Below, in pieces: positions 9,767 through 19,876 of a stretch of DNA of 64,000 nt. Every line of letters begins with the position of its first letter. The stretch's first letter is position 1. The notes under the pieces are model-generated. The model did not search any database. It worked only from the letters and a program-made list of their open reading frames with translations, and had not been told where the DNA came from. Location of the stretch: positions 19,764-83,763 of the forward strand of contig CAUQZC010000011.1 of NCBI GenBank assembly GCA_963522565.1, in the 5' to 3' direction. The DNA comes from an uncultured Brevundimonas sp. (GTDB lineage: Bacteria; Pseudomonadota; Alphaproteobacteria; Caulobacterales; Caulobacteraceae). Made by a program: the position numbers and the translations under genes.

Positions 9767-11139
9767 CGCCGCGCCCGAAGTCTTAACCGCATCGGTTCGC
9801 TGCTGCGCAGGGTGATCTGGTGCACAGGGCGGGGTTCGACGGTGGTTACGGCCTCGATTTCTGCGACGCGCAGGATGGCGGCCAGGGCGATCATGGCTTC
9901 CTGCATGGCGAAGGCGGCGCCGATGCAGACGCGGGGACCGGCGCTGAAGGGGATATAGGCGTAACGGTCCACGGCCTTGCGGTTTTCGGGCAGGAACCGT
10001 TCGGGCCGGAAGGCGTCGGGGGCGTCCCACAGCCGTTTGTGCCGCTGGAGAATCCACGGCGAGATGATGACCGTGGCCCCCGCCTTGATCTTCTGCCCGC
10101 CGATCTCGTCTTCGGCCCGTGCCGTGCGGGCCATGGTGGGGGCGGGCGGGAACAGACGCATCGTCTCCTCCAGCACGGCGCGGGTCCACGGCAGGCTGTC
10201 GGCCCATCTGGCCTGGCTGACGTCGAAGGCGTCGGCCTCGGCCTGCAGTCGGGCCAGATATCCCGGCTGGCGTGACAACAGATGCAGGGTCCAGCCCAGA
10301 GCGCGGGCGGTCGTCTCATGGCCCGCCAGGATGAAGGTCAGGATGTTGGCGGCGACTTCTTGATCCGACAGGCCGGGGCCGCCGTTTTCATCGCGGGCCA
10401 GCAGCAGGGCGCTGAGCAGATCGTCGTGGGCCGCGCCGTCCGCCTCGATATGGGCGCGGCGGGCCTCGACCAGACGGGTCACTCGCTGCTCGAAGAAGCG
10501 GGCGGAACGGAAGCTGGCCAGCCGTCCCAGACGCGGCGCCCAGTTCGGCGCGCCCAGCACGTCCAGCGGATCGATCCGCGCTCCATTGGCCAGGAACTGG
10601 TTCAGCGCGCGCTCAAACCCGCGCGCCTCGCCGCCCAGTTCGTCAGAGAACAGGGTCGCCGACAGGATGTCGAAGGTCAGGCCCGACATCTCGCTGTCGA
10701 TATCCAGCACCCGGCCATGCGCCGACAGGGCCCACGAGGCGACTCGGGCGTTGGAGACCTCGGCCATGCGGGCGTTCAGGGTGGCCATTTTCGCGGGGGT
10801 GAACAGCGGGGCCAGGATGCGGCGTGCCCGGCGCCACGCATCGCCCTCGGTCAGAAGCAGCCCCTCGGCCAGCATCGGCCCCAGCACCCGGCGCTGCAGG
10901 TCGCCCTTCACATAGTTTGATGCATTCTCGGTCAGGACGTGGCGTACGCCTGCGGGGTGACTGACGACCAGGATCTCACCCAGGACGCTGTGGCCGTGCA
11001 GTTGGGGCTCGTCGAAATGCCGTTCCGACCACATGCGGATCGGGTCACGCCAACTGATCCACAGGAAGGGCAGCAGCGACAGGGGCCTGGTCCGGCGCTT
11101 CGGGGTCCGGGGAACGAAAGGCGTGTCGACGACCGTCAT
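9745..11139 (-). CDS. Cytochrome P450
   Basis: AGHETT I-helix, ETMR, PERF, heme loop FSAGPRVCIG; ATG at 11139 chosen as start. Confidence 0.93.
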   Translation of the reverse strand: MTVVDTPFVPRTPKRRTRPLSLLPFLWISWRDPIRMWSERHFDEPQLHGHSVLGEILVVSHPAGVRHVLTENASNYVKGDLQRRVLGPMLAEGLLLTEGDAWRRARRILAPLFTPAKMATLNARMAEVSNARVASWALSAHGRVLDIDSEMSGLTFDILSATLFSDELGGEARGFERALNQFLANGARIDPLDVLGAPNWAPRLGRLASFRSARFFEQRVTRLVEARRAHIEADGAAHDDLLSALLLARDENGGPGLSDQEVAANILTFILAGHETTARALGWTLHLLSRQPGYLARLQAEADAFDVSQARWADSLPWTRAVLEETMRLFPPAPTMARTARAEDEIGGQKIKAGATVIISPWILQRHKRLWDAPDAFRPERFLPENRKAVDRYAYIPFSAGPRVCIGAAFAMQEAMIALAAILRVAEIEAVTTVEPRPVHQITLRSSEPMRLRLRARRHTTGTA

Positions 11140-11203
11140 CAGCGTATCTGCTCCGCATCTCCCCAAACCAAACATAGGGCCGCAGGCAGGGATGCGCCAT
11201 GTT

Positions 11204-12289
11204 TCAGGTCCTGGCGCGGGTCTTTCTCGCCTCGACCAGACGGGCGCGCAGGGCATCCAGCTGGGCTGCACGCCGTTGGGGCGTGTGCTCCGTCCGGACG
11301 TGCTTCTGACCGCCGACCGCCATCGCCAGCCGCCTTTCAGGATCGGCGATCAGCTGTTCGATCCGATCCGCAAGCGTGGGCGCATCCAGCGGGTCGACAT
11401 AGAGGGCGTGCAGGCCGCTGCCTTCGCGCAGGCCCCCGCGACCGGACGAGATGACCGCCGCGCCCGCCGCGTGGGCCTCAAGCGCCGCCAGGGGAAAGGG
11501 ATCGGGAAAGGCGGATGGGACCAGGGCGATGGCGGCGCTCTGCAGGGTGTCGCGCACCACGGCCCAGGGCTGCTGTTTGCGCAGGGAAACGCGGTCGCCG
11601 AACCGGGCCAGCCGGTCGATCTGGAACTGCGCCCAGTCGGCGTGGGTGCGCCAGTCGATGACCAGCAGGTCCGCGCGCCAGTCGGGATGGCGCTCCAGCA
11701 CCGGCTCCAGCGCGGCGCAGATCAGGTCGAAGCCCTTTTCCGGCACGGCGCGGCCCGTATAGGCGATGACAGGCCCGCGCCCCTCGACCGGTGCGGCCCA
11801 GAGGTCGGCGTCAATCGGATTGCGGATGGTGAAGCCGCGCGCGGCCAGGGCGGGAAAGCTGTCGGCGAAGGCGCCGCGCAGATAGTCGCTGACGAAGATG
11901 TGGGCGTCGAAGGCGCGGAAACGGTGTTCATAACGCATCCGCGCCAGTGGGTTGCGTCCGCCGCTGGCCTTATTGTGACGGTACAGGACGCTGGGGATGT
12001 GCGGAAAGGCGCGGGCGATGGCGGCGGCGCTGGGCCCGTGCTGGTGCAGTTCCAGAAACTGCGGCGGATCACGTCGCAGGGCGCGGATGATGCGCCCTGT
12101 CCGACCCAATCCCGGCGCGACCGCATGGCTGGCCAGATCGCCACGATCCCCGGCGCCCGCGTCGCAATAGACGGTGACCTGATCCCGGTTCGCGCTGCAG
12201 CGCGACAGGGTGCGCGCCACCGTCTCGATCGAGTTCGGTCGGGTGCTGCAGAATATCGAGCCTGGGCCCATGAGGACGGCGGTTTTCAT
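11204..12289 (-). CDS. Glycosyltransferase family 4
   Basis: YTGRAVPEKG, PSAFPDPFPLAALEA, GGLRE GT-B motifs. Confidence 0.88.
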   Translation of the reverse strand: MKTAVLMGPGSIFCSTRPNSIETVARTLSRCSANRDQVTVYCDAGAGDRGDLASHAVAPGLGRTGRIIRALRRDPPQFLELHQHGPSAAAIARAFPHIPSVLYRHNKASGGRNPLARMRYEHRFRAFDAHIFVSDYLRGAFADSFPALAARGFTIRNPIDADLWAAPVEGRGPVIAYTGRAVPEKGFDLICAALEPVLERHPDWRADLLVIDWRTHADWAQFQIDRLARFGDRVSLRKQQPWAVVRDTLQSAAIALVPSAFPDPFPLAALEAHAAGAAVISSGRGGLREGSGLHALYVDPLDAPTLADRIEQLIADPERRLAMAVGGQKHVRTEHTPQRRAAQLDALRARLVEARKTRART

Positions 12290-12328
12290 GCCTGCAGTCT
12301 GCTCACGAGCCTTCGGTTTGGAAAATAT

Positions 12329-14557
12329 TCAGGCCGCGCCTTCGATCCAGTTCGGCATCCAGCCTTCGTGCCATTCGCGCAGATGGGCGACCGGGATGCG
12401 GAACAGTTCGCCCTTGTCGCCCCTGGAGGCGAAGACGTCGCCGCCCGCGTGGCCGACGACCGAGGCGTGCAGGCCGGCGGCCTCTGCCTTGGCGATCAGG
12501 GCCTCGGCGTCGGTAACGGCGACCAGATAACGGGCCTGATCCTCGCCGAACAGGAAGATGTGGGCGTGGGCGGCGCTGGAGGCGTCCAGCGTCACGCCGA
12601 CGTCAGACGCCAGCACCAGATCGGCGGCGGCGCCGATCAGGCCGCCGTCGGACAGGTCGTGAACCACGGTCAGTTCGCCGCCCTCGATCAGGCCGCGCAC
12701 GAAGTCGCCGGTCTGTTTTTCCAGCTTCAGATCGACGGGCGGCGGGGTGCCGTCCTCGCGGCCCAGGACCTCGCGCAGATAGATCGACGCGCCCAGTTCG
12801 CCGTGGGTCTGGCCGATCAGGACCAGCGTGTCGCCCTCGGCCATGCCGGAGAAGCCGGTCACGACATCGTAGTTGGGCAACAGGCCCACCGCGCCCACGG
12901 TCGGGGTCGGCGGAATGGCGACGCCGTTCGTCTCGTTATACAGCGACACATTGCCCGAAACGACCGGGAAGACCAGTTCGCGGCAAGCCTCGGCCATGCC
13001 GTCGATGGCGCGCACGATCTGGCCCATGATCTCGGGCCGTTGCGGATTGCCGAAGTTCAGATTGTCGGTGATGGCGATGGGGCGGCTGCCCACGGCGGTC
13101 AGGTTGCGCCACGCCTCGGCCACCGCCTGTTTGCCGCCCTCGTAGGGGTCGTTCTGGACATAGCGGGGGGTGCAGTCCGAGGTGACGGCCAGGCCCTTGT
13201 CCGTGCCATGCACCCGCACCACGCCCGCATCGGCGCCGGTGGAGGAATCCTGGAGCGTATCGGCCATGACGTGGCGGTCGTACTGTTCCCAGATCCAGCG
13301 TTTGGAAGCCATGTCGGGGCAGGCGACGACCTTCATCACCGCGTCGGCCCAGTTGTCGGGCGCGGGGACGTCGGCGGGGCTCAGTTTCGGCTGCAGCTCG
13401 GGCTGGACCCAGGGGCGGTCGTACAGGGGGGCGTCGTCGAACAGGGGCGCCAGGGGCACGTCGCAGACGGTCTCGCCGTGATGCGTCAGCACCAGATGGC
13501 CGGTGTTCGTGGTGTTGCCGATGACGGCGAAGTCCAGACCCCACTTCTGGAAGATGCGATAGCCGACGTCTTCGTAACCGGGCTTCAGCACCGCCAGCAT
13601 CCGCTCCTGGCTTTCCGACAGCATCATCTCATAGGCCGTCATGCCCGTTTCGCGCTGGGGAACCTTGTCGAGGTTCAGTTCGATCCCGACGCCGCCCTTG
13701 CCCGCCATTTCGACGGAGGAGGAGGTCAGGCCCGCCGCGCCCATGTCCTGAATGGCGGCCACGGCCCCGGACGCCATCAGCTCCAGCGTGGCCTCGATCA
13801 ACAGCTTCTCGGCGAAGGGATCGCCGACCTGGACCGTGGGGCGTTTGGCCTCCGACTCGTCGTCGAACTCGGTCGAGGACATGGTGGCGCCGTGGATGCC
13901 GTCGCGGCCGGTCTTGGAGCCGAAATAGACCACGTCATGGCCGGCTTCCGGCGCGGCCGAATAGTAGATTTCGTCGGCGCGGGCCAGGCCGACGCACATG
14001 GCGTTGACCAGGATGTTGCCGTTGTAGCCCTTGTGGAAGTTGGTCTCGCCCGCGACGGTCGGTACGCCGACGCAGTTGCCGTAACCGCCGATGCCGGCGA
14101 CCACGCCCTTGACCAGACGTTTCGACTTCTCGTGCGAGGGATCGCCGAACCGCAGGGCGTTCAACAGGGCCACCGGGCGCGCGCCCATGGTGAAGACGTC
14201 GCGCATGATGCCGCCCACGCCCGTCGCCGCGCCCTGATAGGGTTCGATGTAGGAAGGGTGGTTGTGGCTCTCCATCTTGAAGATGCAGGCGTCGCCGTCG
14301 TCGATGTCGATGACCCCCGCATTCTCGCCCGGCCCGCAGATGACGCGATCGCCCGTGGTGGGGAACTTGCCCAGATGGATCTTGGAGGACTTGTAAGAGC
14401 AGTGCTCGGACCACATCACCGAGAAGACGCCCAGTTCGACATGGTTCGGCTCGCGCCCAAGCCGGTCCAGGACGACGGCGTACTCGTTGGGGGCCAGGCC
14501 GTATTCGGCGGCCAGTTCAGCCATGGTTTTGGCGGGAGTCTTTTCAGGAGCGCTCAT
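12329..14557 (-). CDS. purL: FGAM synthase subunit PurL
   Basis: [35 protein letters not shown]. Confidence 0.98.
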   Translation of the reverse strand: MSAPEKTPAKTMAELAAEYGLAPNEYAVVLDRLGREPNHVELGVFSVMWSEHCSYKSSKIHLGKFPTTGDRVICGPGENAGVIDIDDGDACIFKMESHNHPSYIEPYQGAATGVGGIMRDVFTMGARPVALLNALRFGDPSHEKSKRLVKGVVAGIGGYGNCVGVPTVAGETNFHKGYNGNILVNAMCVGLARADEIYYSAAPEAGHDVVYFGSKTGRDGIHGATMSSTEFDDESEAKRPTVQVGDPFAEKLLIEATLELMASGAVAAIQDMGAAGLTSSSVEMAGKGGVGIELNLDKVPQRETGMTAYEMMLSESQERMLAVLKPGYEDVGYRIFQKWGLDFAVIGNTTNTGHLVLTHHGETVCDVPLAPLFDDAPLYDRPWVQPELQPKLSPADVPAPDNWADAVMKVVACPDMASKRWIWEQYDRHVMADTLQDSSTGADAGVVRVHGTDKGLAVTSDCTPRYVQNDPYEGGKQAVAEAWRNLTAVGSRPIAITDNLNFGNPQRPEIMGQIVRAIDGMAEACRELVFPVVSGNVSLYNETNGVAIPPTPTVGAVGLLPNYDVVTGFSGMAEGDTLVLIGQTHGELGASIYLREVLGREDGTPPPVDLKLEKQTGDFVRGLIEGGELTVVHDLSDGGLIGAAADLVLASDVGVTLDASSAAHAHIFLFGEDQARYLVAVTDAEALIAKAEAAGLHASVVGHAGGDVFASRGDKGELFRIPVAHLREWHEGWMPNWIEGAA

Positions 14558-14614
14558 GGGCGGCGCTTCTAGCCGCAGATGGGCCGAATGTCAGCCCGCA
14601 CGGCGCAAGATCGG

Positions 14615-14639
14615 GGAACATCGGGGAGGCCGGGCGGTT
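14615..14639 (+). promoter_or_regulatory. SigT/EcfG-type general stress promoter
   Basis: GGAAC-N16-GGTT ~30 bp upstream of a small ORF. Confidence 0.6.
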
Positions 14640-14668
14640 GATTCCGGTGAAAGCCGCAGGAGCATCCC

Positions 14669-14809
14669 ATGACCGACCGCCCAATCGACCCCGCCGCCAC
14701 GCCGCAGAACGAGGATCTGCCCGAGATCGCCGCCGATGACGCGGGCGCATCGGCTCTGGCCGAGCAGCCGCAACCCTACGCCGACGACGCCGATGAGGAG
14801 GACAAGTGA
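14669..14809 (+). CDS. Small acidic protein (46 aa)
   Basis: CAGGAG RBS; MTDRPIDPAATPQNEDLPEIAADD...DDADEEDK; TGATG coupling to the next ORF; below the ORF-track cutoff. Confidence 0.65.
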   Translation: MTDRPIDPAATPQNEDLPEIAADDAGASALAEQPQPYADDADEEDK

Positions 14810-15054
14810 TGACCGACAAGACCCGCCTGCCTGCCGCCGAACATCAGCAGATGGATCGCTCCAATGACCCAAAGACCACCAGGGCGCTGGACGAGGCGGC
14901 GCCGGAGATGGCCCTGCACAGCCGTCAGCGGCTGACCGGCTCAGCCGTTGGCGTGGGCAGCATCGGCTTTGACGACAGCGGCGCCTTTGACGTCGGCGCC
15001 GACGATCATGATCCACAGGATGACGCGATCACCGACGATCCGCCCAAGCCCTGA
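14809..15054 (+). CDS. Small acidic protein (81 aa)
   Basis: GAGGAGG RBS, translationally coupled, Asp-rich. Confidence 0.65.
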   Translation: MTDKTRLPAAEHQQMDRSNDPKTTRALDEAAPEMALHSRQRLTGSAVGVGSIGFDDSGAFDVGADDHDPQDDAITDDPPKP

Positions 15055-15068
15055 CGTCGGCTCTAACT

Positions 15069-15863
15069 TCACCCGCGCTCGACGCCCGGCCGCAGACGGA
15101 AGGTCAGCAGAACGCCCGCCAACAAAACCAGTATGGCGGCGGCCAGAGCCGTGAAGCCCAGGGCCGGGTTGTCGGGCTGTTCCGCCACAAAGGCGCCCAG
15201 CAGGCCCCAGGCGACGGGCAGGGGATAGGCCAGCGTCCGCAGGCGGGCGGTGACCCCTATCGCGATCAAGGCTGTGCACACGACCGCCGCCACGGCCCAT
15301 CCGGTTGGCGTAAGCGCCGTAGGCAAGGCGTTGAAGGCCGTCGCCGTGGTGATCAGGTTCAGCGGCGCCGCCACCGTCAGCCAACCCGCCAAGCCTGCCA
15401 GCGGCCAGACCGTCAGCAGCCGATCTCGATCAAGCCGACCCAAGAGGCGGATCGCGCCGCCAAACGCCAGCAGCGGGATCAGAAGCGCAAACAGGCTGGC
15501 GAAAATGATGACGACGCTGGCCGCCTTCAGGTTCATGGCCGCCACGATGATCCAGAGACCGATGCCGAACAGGGTCACGGCTGATGGCCAGCCCAGACGA
15601 TTGATCAAGATGCTTTCGCCTGTCTGAGGCAGAACCTGGCGCACCGCATAGGCCAGCAGGCCCAGGTACAGCAGCCCCCAGATCGAGAAGGCATAGCCAG
15701 CGACCCGCAGGGTGGTGTCGCCCTCGGCCGCAAACTCGGCCTGGGTCAGGCCCAACCCCGCCAGGTTCTGAACAATGGGCGCGACGACGGCGAAGACAGC
15801 CGCCGCCAGCACCACCAGTCGTCGGGTGCGTTGGGGGGGCGTGGGGCGGACGATCGAGGACAT
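15069..15863 (-). CDS. Integral membrane protein (tryptophan-rich sensory/TspO-like)
   Basis: About 8 hydrophobic segments, AGYAFSIWGLLY motif; ATG at 15863 with GGAG RBS. Confidence 0.72.
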   Translation of the reverse strand: MSSIVRPTPPQRTRRLVVLAAAVFAVVAPIVQNLAGLGLTQAEFAAEGDTTLRVAGYAFSIWGLLYLGLLAYAVRQVLPQTGESILINRLGWPSAVTLFGIGLWIIVAAMNLKAASVVIIFASLFALLIPLLAFGGAIRLLGRLDRDRLLTVWPLAGLAGWLTVAAPLNLITTATAFNALPTALTPTGWAVAAVVCTALIAIGVTARLRTLAYPLPVAWGLLGAFVAEQPDNPALGFTALAAAILVLLAGVLLTFRLRPGVERG

Positions 15864-16017
15864 GACGGCTCCAACAGTGAAGGTCGAGCCATGATTACGC
15901 ATCGAACGGGCGGATGGTTCATTCGTCCGTTCGACACCTGTGTCGCACTGTTCTTTCAGGCGGTGTAGTAGAGGGCGCGTTCCGGTTCTGGGGCGCCGTC
16001 CTGTCGAGCTTGAGCGA

Positions 16018-16404
16018 GTGTCCGTCAGATCCGCCATCATGAGCCTCATTCTGGCTGCCGGTCTGGCCTCGCCGTCCCTGGCGCAGGAGCAGACGGCGCC
16101 GTCCCTTGGCGTCAACGTCCAACAGCTCCAGACGGCCTGGTCGCGGCTGCAGCAGGCCTTTACCCCTGAGCAGCAGGCCCATGAGGCTCGCAGCACTGCC
16201 CGGCTTCTGGCCACGTCCGGCGTGCGGATTGGATCGTTGGAGATGGACATCAAGAACATCGCCACTGGACGCATTGTGCCGCGCGACGACCCGTCCATCC
16301 TGCAACGCCCTCAGGCGCACGAGGTCACGTTGGTTGTCGATGGCCGTTTCTACACCTTCCGCCCCCTGTCCCGCGCCAGCCTTGAGGCGTTCACGACGCG
16401 TTGA
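16018..16404 (+). CDS. Hypothetical exported protein
   Basis: Signal peptide (SLILAAGLASPSLA-QE); start uncertain (GTG 16018 or ATG 16039). Confidence 0.6.
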   Translation: MSVRSAIMSLILAAGLASPSLAQEQTAPSLGVNVQQLQTAWSRLQQAFTPEQQAHEARSTARLLATSGVRIGSLEMDIKNIATGRIVPRDDPSILQRPQAHEVTLVVDGRFYTFRPLSRASLEAFTTR

Positions 16405-16405
16405 G

Positions 16406-16430
16406 GGAACCGGCGCAGCGGCTGTCCGCT
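16406..16430 (+). promoter_or_regulatory. SigT/EcfG-like promoter
   Basis: GGAAC-N16-CGCT, one mismatch to CGTT. Confidence 0.45.
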
Positions 16431-16461
16431 ACAGAGCTGTCTGACCACAGGAGACACCCAC

Positions 16462-16668
16462 ATGGCTGAACGCCCTGAAGACAACGCTTTGCAAGAAGAC
16501 AACGCTTTGCAATTCGAGACGGACGAAGTCGAAGCCAACCGCGCCATTGAAAACGGTCAAGGGGTCGGAGCTCGCGAACTGGCCGCCCAGCGCGAACCTG
16601 GCGGCGTCATTACGCCGGATGAAGACGAGGCGTCGGAAGACGGCGTGTCGAAGAGAAAAGACGACTGA
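16462..16668 (+). CDS. Small acidic protein (68 aa) with EDNALQ duplication
   Basis: CAGGAGA RBS; perfect 18-bp tandem repeat at 16477-16512. Confidence 0.68.
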   Translation: MAERPEDNALQEDNALQFETDEVEANRAIENGQGVGARELAAQREPGGVITPDEDEASEDGVSKRKDD

Positions 16669-16684
16669 AGCGTCGGCGCAGGCG

Positions 16685-17347
16685 TCAAGCCGCCGCGTAG
16701 ATGCTCCGGAACAGGATGGCGCCGTCTGCCGAACCCAGCTCGGCCTCGAAGGCGCGGTCGGGGTGGGGCATCATGCCCAGCACATTGCCGCGCGCGTTCT
16801 GCAGGCCGGCGATATCGTTCGCCGAGCCGTTGGGATTGTCGACATAGCGAAACACGACCTGACCCTCGCCCTCGATGCGGGCCAGGGTTTCGGCGTCGGC
16901 GAAGAAGTTTCCGTCGGCGTTGCCCTGGGTCATGACGACCTCGGCCTGATCGGCATAGCCCGTGGTGAAGCGCGTCTGGGTGTTGGCCACCGTCAGGGCG
17001 ATGGGCTTGCAGATGTATTTCAGGCCCTTGTTGCGCAGCAGGGCCCCCGGCAGCATTCCGGCTTCGCACAGGATCTGGAAGCCGTTGCAGATGCCGACCA
17101 CCGTGACGCCGTCGTCGGCGGCCTTCTTGACCGCCTGCATCACCGGCGACTGGGCCGCCATGGAGCCGCAGCGCAGATAATCACCATAGGAGAAGCCGCC
17201 GGGAATGACGATCAGGTCCAGCCCCTGGGGCAGTTCCGTCTCGGCGTGCCAGACCATGCTGACGGGCTCGCCGGTCGAGCGTTCAACGGCGACCTTGCAG
17301 TCGCGATCACAGTTGGAACCGGGGAAGACGATGACGGCGGCGCTCAT
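16685..17347 (-). CDS. purQ: FGAM synthase glutaminase subunit PurQ
   Basis: [33 protein letters not shown]. Confidence 0.97.
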   Translation of the reverse strand: MSAAVIVFPGSNCDRDCKVAVERSTGEPVSMVWHAETELPQGLDLIVIPGGFSYGDYLRCGSMAAQSPVMQAVKKAADDGVTVVGICNGFQILCEAGMLPGALLRNKGLKYICKPIALTVANTQTRFTTGYADQAEVVMTQGNADGNFFADAETLARIEGEGQVVFRYVDNPNGSANDIAGLQNARGNVLGMMPHPDRAFEAELGSADGAILFRSIYAAA

Positions 17348-17380
17348 GGCGCGGGCCTTTAGCAGGCTTCTTTCGACTTG

Positions 17381-18595
17381 TCAGGCCGTCGTTCGCTTGC
17401 GGCCCGTCACCCAGGCGATCGCGAAGACGACGAAGCCGCCCAGCGACAGGGCCACGCCCACCCAGGCGGTCGAGGTCCAGCCGTATCCCGCCGCGATGGC
17501 CATGCCGCCCAGCAGCGGGCCGATGGCGTTGGCGGTGTTGAAGGCCGAATGGTTCAGGGCTGCAGCCAAGGTCTGGGCGTCGCCCGCCACATCCATCAGG
17601 CGTGTCTGCAAAATGGAGCCCAGGCCGCCGCCCCCGCCGATCAGAAAGATCACCAGCATCAGCGCCCACAGATTAGCCGCCGCGAAAGGATAGAGGGCCA
17701 GTGCAATGGCGCTCCAGATCAAAAGGCCGCCTGCTGCGGGAAAACCGATGCGGTCGGCGGCCCAGGCGCCCAGGATGTTGCCCAAGAACATGCCTACGCC
17801 GAATACGGCGAAGACCCAGGGCAGAACTTCAGGCCCAATGCCCGTGACCGCCTGAAGGGTCGAGGCCAGATAGGCGTACACCGCGAACATGCCGCCGAAA
17901 CCGATGGCGCCGACGCCCAGCGTCAGCCAGACCTGGCCGCGCTTCAGGGCGCCAAGCTCGCGCAATGGGCTGGCGTCGGGATGGGCCGGGTCACGCGGGG
18001 CGAACAGGGCGACCAGGGCCATGGTGATGACCGCCAGCACGCCCACGATGGCGAAGGTCCAGCGCCAGCCGTAGGTGTGGCTGATGATGTTGGCGAAGGG
18101 CACGCCGATGACGGTGGCGACGGTCAGGCCCATCAGGATCGTCGATACGGCGCGTGTTCTGTAGGCCAGCGGCACGACAGAGGCCGCAACCAGCGCCGCC
18201 ACCCCGAAGTAGGCGCCGTGCGGCAGGCCGCTGAGGAAGCGGAACGCCAGCATCCAGTGATAACTGGGGGCCAGGGCGCTGGCGACATTGCCGACGGCGA
18301 ACAGGGCCATGAAGCCGATCAGCAGCAGCCAGCGCGGCAGGCGTGCGCCCAGCACCGCCAAGATCGGGGCCCCGACGACGACGCCGGCGGCATAGGCGCT
18401 GATGACATGACCCGCGGTCGGGGCGTCAACGCCCAAGCCTGCGGCGAAGTCGGGCAGGATGCTCATCGCCGCGAACTCGGTCACGCCAATGGCGAACCCG
18501 CCCATGGACAGGGCGATCAGCACAAGGGCCACCTGTCTTCCGGCCAGGGGCGGGCAGAGGGTGTCACGCCTCGTCGCGACGTCGCAGATGGTCAT
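17381..18595 (-). CDS. MFS transporter (DHA1/AraJ-like)
   Basis: About 12 TM; GFAIGVTEF, RFLSGLPHGAYFG. Confidence 0.92.
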   Translation of the reverse strand: MTICDVATRRDTLCPPLAGRQVALVLIALSMGGFAIGVTEFAAMSILPDFAAGLGVDAPTAGHVISAYAAGVVVGAPILAVLGARLPRWLLLIGFMALFAVGNVASALAPSYHWMLAFRFLSGLPHGAYFGVAALVAASVVPLAYRTRAVSTILMGLTVATVIGVPFANIISHTYGWRWTFAIVGVLAVITMALVALFAPRDPAHPDASPLRELGALKRGQVWLTLGVGAIGFGGMFAVYAYLASTLQAVTGIGPEVLPWVFAVFGVGMFLGNILGAWAADRIGFPAAGGLLIWSAIALALYPFAAANLWALMLVIFLIGGGGGLGSILQTRLMDVAGDAQTLAAALNHSAFNTANAIGPLLGGMAIAAGYGWTSTAWVGVALSLGGFVVFAIAWVTGRKRTTA

Positions 18596-18616
18596 GAAGA
18601 TCGTCCGGGGGAGGGA

Positions 18617-18633
18617 ATGTTGCGCTGCAACAT
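18617..18633. promoter_or_regulatory. Perfect 7-3-7 palindrome (PhaR-box-like) upstream of the MFS gene
   Basis: ATGTTGC-GCT-GCAACAT containing TGC-N3-GCA. Confidence 0.5.
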
Positions 18634-18662
18634 AAGTCGGCGCCGCCGGCGATCAAGCCTCG

Positions 18663-19142
18663 TCAGCCCTTGTTTTCGTAGGTCGCGGTTATGCTGGCCG
18701 TGGCCAGGGTGTGGAAGTGCAGGTTGAAGCCGAACACCGCGCCCGAATTGTCGGCCGTCACGTCCAGGCGCTCCACATCCACCGCGAAGACGGTGAAGAT
18801 GTAGCGATGCGGGCCGTGGCCTGGGGGCGGGGCGGCGCCGCCGAAGCCGGCCTGGCCATAGTCGGTGCGGCCCTGGATGGCGCTGTGGGGCAGCTGTCCA
18901 CCCGGTGAACCGGCGCCGGCCTCAAGCTCGGTCACATCGGCAGGGATGTTGGCCACGGTCCAGTGCCAGAAGCCCGACCCCGTCGGGGCGTCGGGGTCGT
19001 AGCAGGTGATGGCGTAGCTCTTGGTCCCCTCGGGCGCGCCTGACCACGCCAGTTGCGGCGAGATGTTTCCCTTGGCGTGAACCTGGGCGTCCGGCAGCAC
19101 GCCGCCGTCCTGGATATCGGTGGAGGTAAGGGTGAAGGTCAT
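18663..19142 (-). CDS. YbhB/YbcL family Raf kinase inhibitor-like (PEBP) protein
   Basis: YDPDAPTGSGFWHW, GAAPPPGHGPHRYIFTVFA. Confidence 0.93.
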   Translation of the reverse strand: MTFTLTSTDIQDGGVLPDAQVHAKGNISPQLAWSGAPEGTKSYAITCYDPDAPTGSGFWHWTVANIPADVTELEAGAGSPGGQLPHSAIQGRTDYGQAGFGGAAPPPGHGPHRYIFTVFAVDVERLDVTADNSGAVFGFNLHFHTLATASITATYENKG

Positions 19143-19170
19143 CTGAGGGGCTTTCTCGGCGATGCAGAAA

Positions 19171-19575
19171 TCAGGCGGCGGACAGGAGACGCGCTTTCAC
19201 GCCGTTGCGATCCAGAAGCCGCACCGCCTGAACGTCGAAGGAGACGAAGGTTTCCCCGCCCAGCCATTGGCCGTCATGGGCGATGACACCGTCCGCGAAA
19301 TCGCCGCCCGCTTCGAGAACGGCGAGACCGGCCTCTGCGGCCGGGCGATCAACCGAAACATTGCGCATGTCCAGCAGGTGGCGAATGGCGGTGGCGATGT
19401 CCTCGCGAGAGGCGCGATAACCGCGAGCCAGAACCCAAGCGAACTCGCACAGGGATTGGGTGCTGACCGCGACACGATCTGCCGCCTCCAGGGCCTCGAC
19501 CGCCAGACGCTGCTGATCCTCGTCGTCGCCGACGACGGCCCGCAACAGGACATTGGTGTCGGCGGTGACGTTCAC
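19171..19575 (-). CDS. vapC: Type II TA toxin, PIN domain (VapC family)
   Basis: DTNVLLR, LCEFAWVL, DFADGVIA, SFD motifs; GTGA overlap with the antitoxin. Confidence 0.88.
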   Translation of the reverse strand: MNVTADTNVLLRAVVGDDEDQQRLAVEALEAADRVAVSTQSLCEFAWVLARGYRASREDIATAIRHLLDMRNVSVDRPAAEAGLAVLEAGGDFADGVIAHDGQWLGGETFVSFDVQAVRLLDRNGVKARLLSAA

Positions 19576-19832
19576 GTCTGTTCGGAATCCGAGCCGGCCT
19601 GCGCGGTCAGGGCGCCGATCTCTTCGATCGACAGGCGCGCGCCGTTGGTCCGCCCCTTCAGGAAGCCGGACAGGTCGGACCAGGAGCCCTTCATCTGTTC
19701 GGCGCTGAGTTCCGCCCGGCCGTCAGGCAGCAGGTCCAGGCGAATCTTCTGCCCTGGCTGGATGCCGAGATGCTGCAACACCTCCTTGCGGAAGGTGACC
19801 TGGCCTCGGCTCGTGACGGTCAACGTGGTCAT
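19572..19832 (-). CDS. AbrB/MazE/SpoVT family antitoxin
   Basis: TLTVTSRGQVTFRKEVLQHLGIQPGQKI swapped-hairpin motif. Confidence 0.88.
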   Translation of the reverse strand: MTTLTVTSRGQVTFRKEVLQHLGIQPGQKIRLDLLPDGRAELSAEQMKGSWSDLSGFLKGRTNGARLSIEEIGALTAQAGSDSEQT

Positions 19833-19838
19833 TCCGCC

Positions 19839-19864
19839 AATGTAATGCGATCATGCATTACATT
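19839..19864. promoter_or_regulatory. TA operator palindrome
   Basis: AATGTAATGC-GATCAT-GCATTACATT, a perfect 10-bp IR immediately upstream of the antitoxin ATG. Confidence 0.75.
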
Positions 19865-19876
19865 CAATGACCGGCG

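Noticed and set aside
15902..15934. Imperfect palindrome between divergent genes as an ncRNA
   Set aside because: Single 13/15 hairpin with no other support; could be an operator but cannot be assigned.
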